From contig JBGSNU010000038.1 of NCBI GenBank assembly GCA_041739415.1, positions 27,155 to 91,154 of the forward strand: a stretch of DNA of 64,000 nucleotides. Direction: 5' to 3'. The notes below the pieces were generated by a model. It had not been told where the DNA came from. It worked only from the letters and a program-made list of their open reading frames with translations, and ran no database searches. This DNA comes from Bdellovibrionales bacterium (lineage in GTDB: Bacteria > Bdellovibrionota > Bdellovibrionia > Bdellovibrionales > UBA1609). Below are positions 60,845 to 64,000 of the stretch, in pieces. Positions within the stretch are counted from its first letter, which is position 1. Each line of letters begins with the position of its first letter. Both the position numbers and the translations under genes were made by a program.

Positions 60845-61010
60845 ATTGGCACCCCAGTCACGATTTCATATCACTCAAGTCGAATGCCGTGCATTCAGCT
60901 CTCGCCTCTATTTGGGGTGCAGCCTCTATGCCGTCACATCTAGGCAAGGCAGGTTTGTTTTGAGGACGCCAAGATTGGCTTCACGGGCCTTGGCAAAACC
61001 TGATCTGGTT

Positions 61011-63323
61011 TTATTCGACGGCCCAGATGATGATCCGGTTGTTGCTCGCATCGGCGATGTAAAGACGTTTATTTTCTAAATCGTAGTGCAGCCCTTGCGG
61101 ACCATTCAGTGTTGCTGCCGTAATTCCCGAGGTCCCAGTGACAAGGTCCGTTTGACCGATCACCGTGCCCGCAGTGGGCGCATCGCTAATGTCGTCGCCA
61201 CCCATGCCCTCATAAATGAGGACTCGGTGATTTCCGCCATCTGAGACAAACAGCCTCGAATGGGTTGATTCATAGAAGACACCGGTCGGACCGTTTAATG
61301 TCGTCGCTGTTGTTCCCGTCGTGCTGCCGGTGAAGTTGGTCTGACCAATCACGTTTACAGCCGCTTCGCCGTCGGTAATGGAGGCCACGCTGTACACCAA
61401 GACCCGATTGTTACCCGAGTCAGACACAAAGATGCGATCAGCCACTGCATCGTAGTTCACGGTCATAGGCGTATCGAGAGTGCTCGCGGTGCTTCCGCTC
61501 GAGTTCGCCGTAAAGTTGGCCTGACCAAAAACGTTTACTGCAGATTCACCGTTGGTGATTGCTGCGACGTCGTACACCAGCACACGATGGTTACCTGAAT
61601 CGACGACAAATAGACGATCGCCCGCACTATCGAGTGCGAGTCCAGTTGGAGAATCGAGTGTAGCAGCAGTCGAACCGCTCGTTCCAGTCGTGAAGTTCGC
61701 TTGTCCTAGAACATAAATGGCCGCGTCGCCATCGGAGACAAACGACGTATCGTAGACGAGAACCCGGTTGTTACCCGTGTCGGCTACGTAAAGGACATCG
61801 TTTTCAGCATCGTAAAGCACACTGGCGGGAGCACTTAGAGTTGTAGAAGTTGTGCCTGCGGCCGAACCTGTCAAACTGGATTGACCAAGGACATTCAGCG
61901 CCTCTGCCCCGCTGGTGGTAACATCGGTATCGTAAATCAACACCCGATTGTTGGAGGAGTCCGCAACAAAAAGTCGGCGATTCTCGGTGTCGAGACTCAT
62001 ACTCTTTGCACCAGAAAGTCCGCGAGCCGTGGCACTCGCAGTTTTTGCACTGAAGTACTGTTGCCCCAATTCGTGGACCGCTGCTTCACCGGTGGAGATA
62101 ACGTAGGTATCGAAGATCAAGACGCGGTGGTTGCCTCGATCGGCTAAGAACAGGCGATTTGTCACGCTGTCGAAGCTCATGCCCAAGGGCTGAGTCAATT
62201 TGATGCTGGTGGTCCCAGAGGTGGCCGTTGTGAACAAAGATTGGCCGAGTACCCGTGCAGCAGCCTCTTGATTCGTAACGGAGGCCACGTTAAAAACAAG
62301 AACACGATGGTTGTCATAGTCGCCTACGAAAAGACGTTGCCCAACCCCATCGTAGGTCAGGCTTGATGGCGCATCCATTGTAATCGCCGTCGTGCCCGCA
62401 GTGTTGGCGGTAAAGTTGGTTTGACCCAGAACGTTTACGGCCGCGTCGCCATTGGAGATCGCTGCGGTGCTATAAACCAAAACTCGATTGTTACCTGTGT
62501 CAGCGACGAAAAGACGCTCATTTTCTGCATCGGCGGCGGCATCGGTGGGAGTGTCGAGCGTTGCACTGGTGGAGCCCGAAGTAGCAGTCACATAATCGGG
62601 CTGGCCCAACACTTTAACTGCTGCTTCCCCGTCGACAATAGTAGTTAAGTTGTAAGCGAGGACCCGATTGTTGGATTGGTCGACCGCAAATAAGAACTTG
62701 GTCGTCGAATTGTAGGTTAGTCCTTTGGGCCCGTTCAATGCGATGGACGTTGTGCCCGAGCCTGCAGCGACAAAGGTCGTCTGTCCCAACACTTTGATGG
62801 CAGCCTCACCATTGGTGATGGTCGCCACGTCGTAAACTAAAATTCGATTGTTCGCGCTGTCAGACACGTAGAGATAATTTCGCAAAGAATCATAGGCGAC
62901 GTCGTATGGAGAGGAGAGAGTGGACGCCGTTGTCCCGCTAGTAGAAGTTGTAAAGCCCGTTTGTCCGAGCACGCCAACTGCGACATCACCGTCCGCAACC
63001 GATGCCGCACTGTAAACTAAAACACGATTATTGGACCCATCTACAACGAATAAACGTTTATTGGTGCTATCGTAGGCGGTGCCAGAAGGTTGGTTGAGGC
63101 CTCCGACGGTTGTCGCTGAAGTGTTCGTCTCAAAAACATACTGACCTAAGACTTGTAGCGCCTCTGTTATAAACCCTTCATCAACTTCATCTTCATCGTC
63201 ATCATTGTCAGGCGACGAGTCTATTGTTGCCTTCGAACCATTGTCGTTGTTACAGCCGATGATTGCAAGAAGGGCAACAGACACCAACACAATGAAAGTC
63301 GACTTGATAATTCTGATCAACAC
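61011..63323 (-). CDS. NHL-repeat beta-propeller lipoprotein (12 repeats of about 60 aa)
   Basis: Lipobox IIGC; repeat GQxxF...TTLxxPxxxxYD...RLFVxDxxN[NH]RVLVY counted 12 times. Confidence 0.9.
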   Translation of the reverse strand: MLIRIIKSTFIVLVSVALLAIIGCNNDNGSKATIDSSPDNDDDEDEVDEGFITEALQVLGQYVFETNTSATTVGGLNQPSGTAYDSTNKRLFVVDGSNNRVLVYSAASVADGDVAVGVLGQTGFTTSTSGTTASTLSSPYDVAYDSLRNYLYVSDSANNRILVYDVATITNGEAAIKVLGQTTFVAAGSGTTSIALNGPKGLTYNSTTKFLFAVDQSNNRVLAYNLTTIVDGEAAVKVLGQPDYVTATSGSTSATLDTPTDAAADAENERLFVADTGNNRVLVYSTAAISNGDAAVNVLGQTNFTANTAGTTAITMDAPSSLTYDGVGQRLFVGDYDNHRVLVFNVASVTNQEAAARVLGQSLFTTATSGTTSIKLTQPLGMSFDSVTNRLFLADRGNHRVLIFDTYVISTGEAAVHELGQQYFSAKTASATARGLSGAKSMSLDTENRRLFVADSSNNRVLIYDTDVTTSGAEALNVLGQSSLTGSAAGTTSTTLSAPASVLYDAENDVLYVADTGNNRVLVYDTSFVSDGDAAIYVLGQANFTTGTSGSTAATLDSPTGLALDSAGDRLFVVDSGNHRVLVYDVAAITNGESAVNVFGQANFTANSSGSTASTLDTPMTVNYDAVADRIFVSDSGNNRVLVYSVASITDGEAAVNVIGQTNFTGSTTGTTATTLNGPTGVFYESTHSRLFVSDGGNHRVLIYEGMGGDDISDAPTAGTVIGQTDLVTGTSGITAATLNGPQGLHYDLENKRLYIADASNNRIIIWAVE

Positions 63324-63638
63324 GTTGTTCTCCGATGGAGTGGTATGACCACTGCGTTTCGGTGCTCAACGGCCTGGACTTGAGATTTAGGGCACGGCGC
63401 ATCTCATCATGTACAAAAGATGTTCGTTATTGGAAAGATCGGCAATTGCACCCTCCGGTCAAGGTCATGCTTCGGCTGCGTGACATTTCTCGGCACTATT
63501 CCTCTCAAAATAACCAACGGGTTGATTTGAGGTAAGTTTCACAGAGCTCAAAATGTCACCGCCCTGTCAGAATCATTACAGGCGAATAAATAATACAAAT
63601 TCGTTATAGTGGCGCACACCTTACTAGGAGAGCTCCGC

Positions 63639-64000
63639 ATGCGTTTCACTTTGACTTATTTTAAGAGGTTAATGCTTGTCGGTCTTATTGCGAGCACACC
63701 AATTGCCTTCGGGCAGAGCGAGCAGTCGGAGGGCTCTGCGTCGCCCCAAGCCGACTCGCCGGTGTTTATGACCGAGCAAGAACTTGAAAACAATTTGCCA
63801 CAAGACAGCTTTGCAGCAGTTGAGTTTCTCATTCAACGTATGAACAGTGCACAAATCGCAGATTCAAAAGTGGAACAATCCTCCCGGCCGCTCCGTTTTA
63901 AACTTACGGTGCGACCAATTGCCTCTGGATTTGAACCGCTTTTTCTTTCGCCCGAATTCAAGCCAGACGGAAGCCTCACAATCGAGCTAAATCTTCGCGA
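63639..64000 (+). CDS. Secreted hypothetical protein, 3'-partial
   Basis: AGGAG RBS, ATG 63639, MRFTLTYFKRLMLVGLIASTPIAFG..., open to the window end. Confidence 0.65.
   Translation, partial: MRFTLTYFKRLMLVGLIASTPIAFGQSEQSEGSASPQADSPVFMTEQELENNLPQDSFAAVEFLIQRMNSAQIADSKVEQSSRPLRFKLTVRPIASGFEPLFLSPEFKPDGSLTIELNLR

Noticed and set aside
60849-61002. Short inverted repeats (GCACCCCA/TGGGGTGC, CAGGTTT/AAACCTG) as a riboswitch
   Set aside because: No match to riboswitch consensus motifs I know; stems short enough to be chance.
63480-63559. GTGACATTT/AAATGTCAC inverted repeat in a divergent promoter region
   Set aside because: Single 9-bp pair with weak inner pairing; not enough to call an RNA or operator.
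1-64000. CRISPR array, rRNA or retron/RT system
   Set aside because: No regularly spaced short direct repeats, cas genes, rRNA or reverse transcriptase motifs seen; the 180-bp periodicity at 61-63 kb is protein-coding.

Overview
Bacterial chromosome segment, by gene content probably from the Bdellovibrionota (inference; no search run). It has three parts. (1) 1-3669: the end of an integrated element carrying a replication-relaxation-like nuclease, an iteron/long-hairpin non-coding region, small DNA-binding genes and a large serine recombinase whose ORF ends inside the antisense strand of tRNA-Val(TAC). (2) About 3.7-50.4 kb: core chromosome with lon-clpX-clpP, pepA, an arsA-like pair/TPR/gshA/adh cluster, tig, ftsEX-envC-ctpA, rrf2-sufBCDS-nfu, tolQRAB-glnE-like, a motAB pair, mtgA, dusB, spoIID-like, tRNA-Arg and tRNA-Asn. 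(3) 50.4-64 kb: accessory region after tRNA-Asn with two TA modules, GNATs, hydrolases, an HUH/RAYT-like transposase, a cytochrome c and an NHL-repeat lipoprotein. Best candidates for something new: an apparent operon of a secreted Fam20/Four-jointed-like kinase plus a secreted dual-specificity-phosphatase-fold protein lacking the catalytic Arg (47448-49440), a structured element antisense to the tRNA-Asn 3' half (50459-50616), and the recombinase whose C-terminus is written by its tRNA target. All family calls are from motif recognition by eye.
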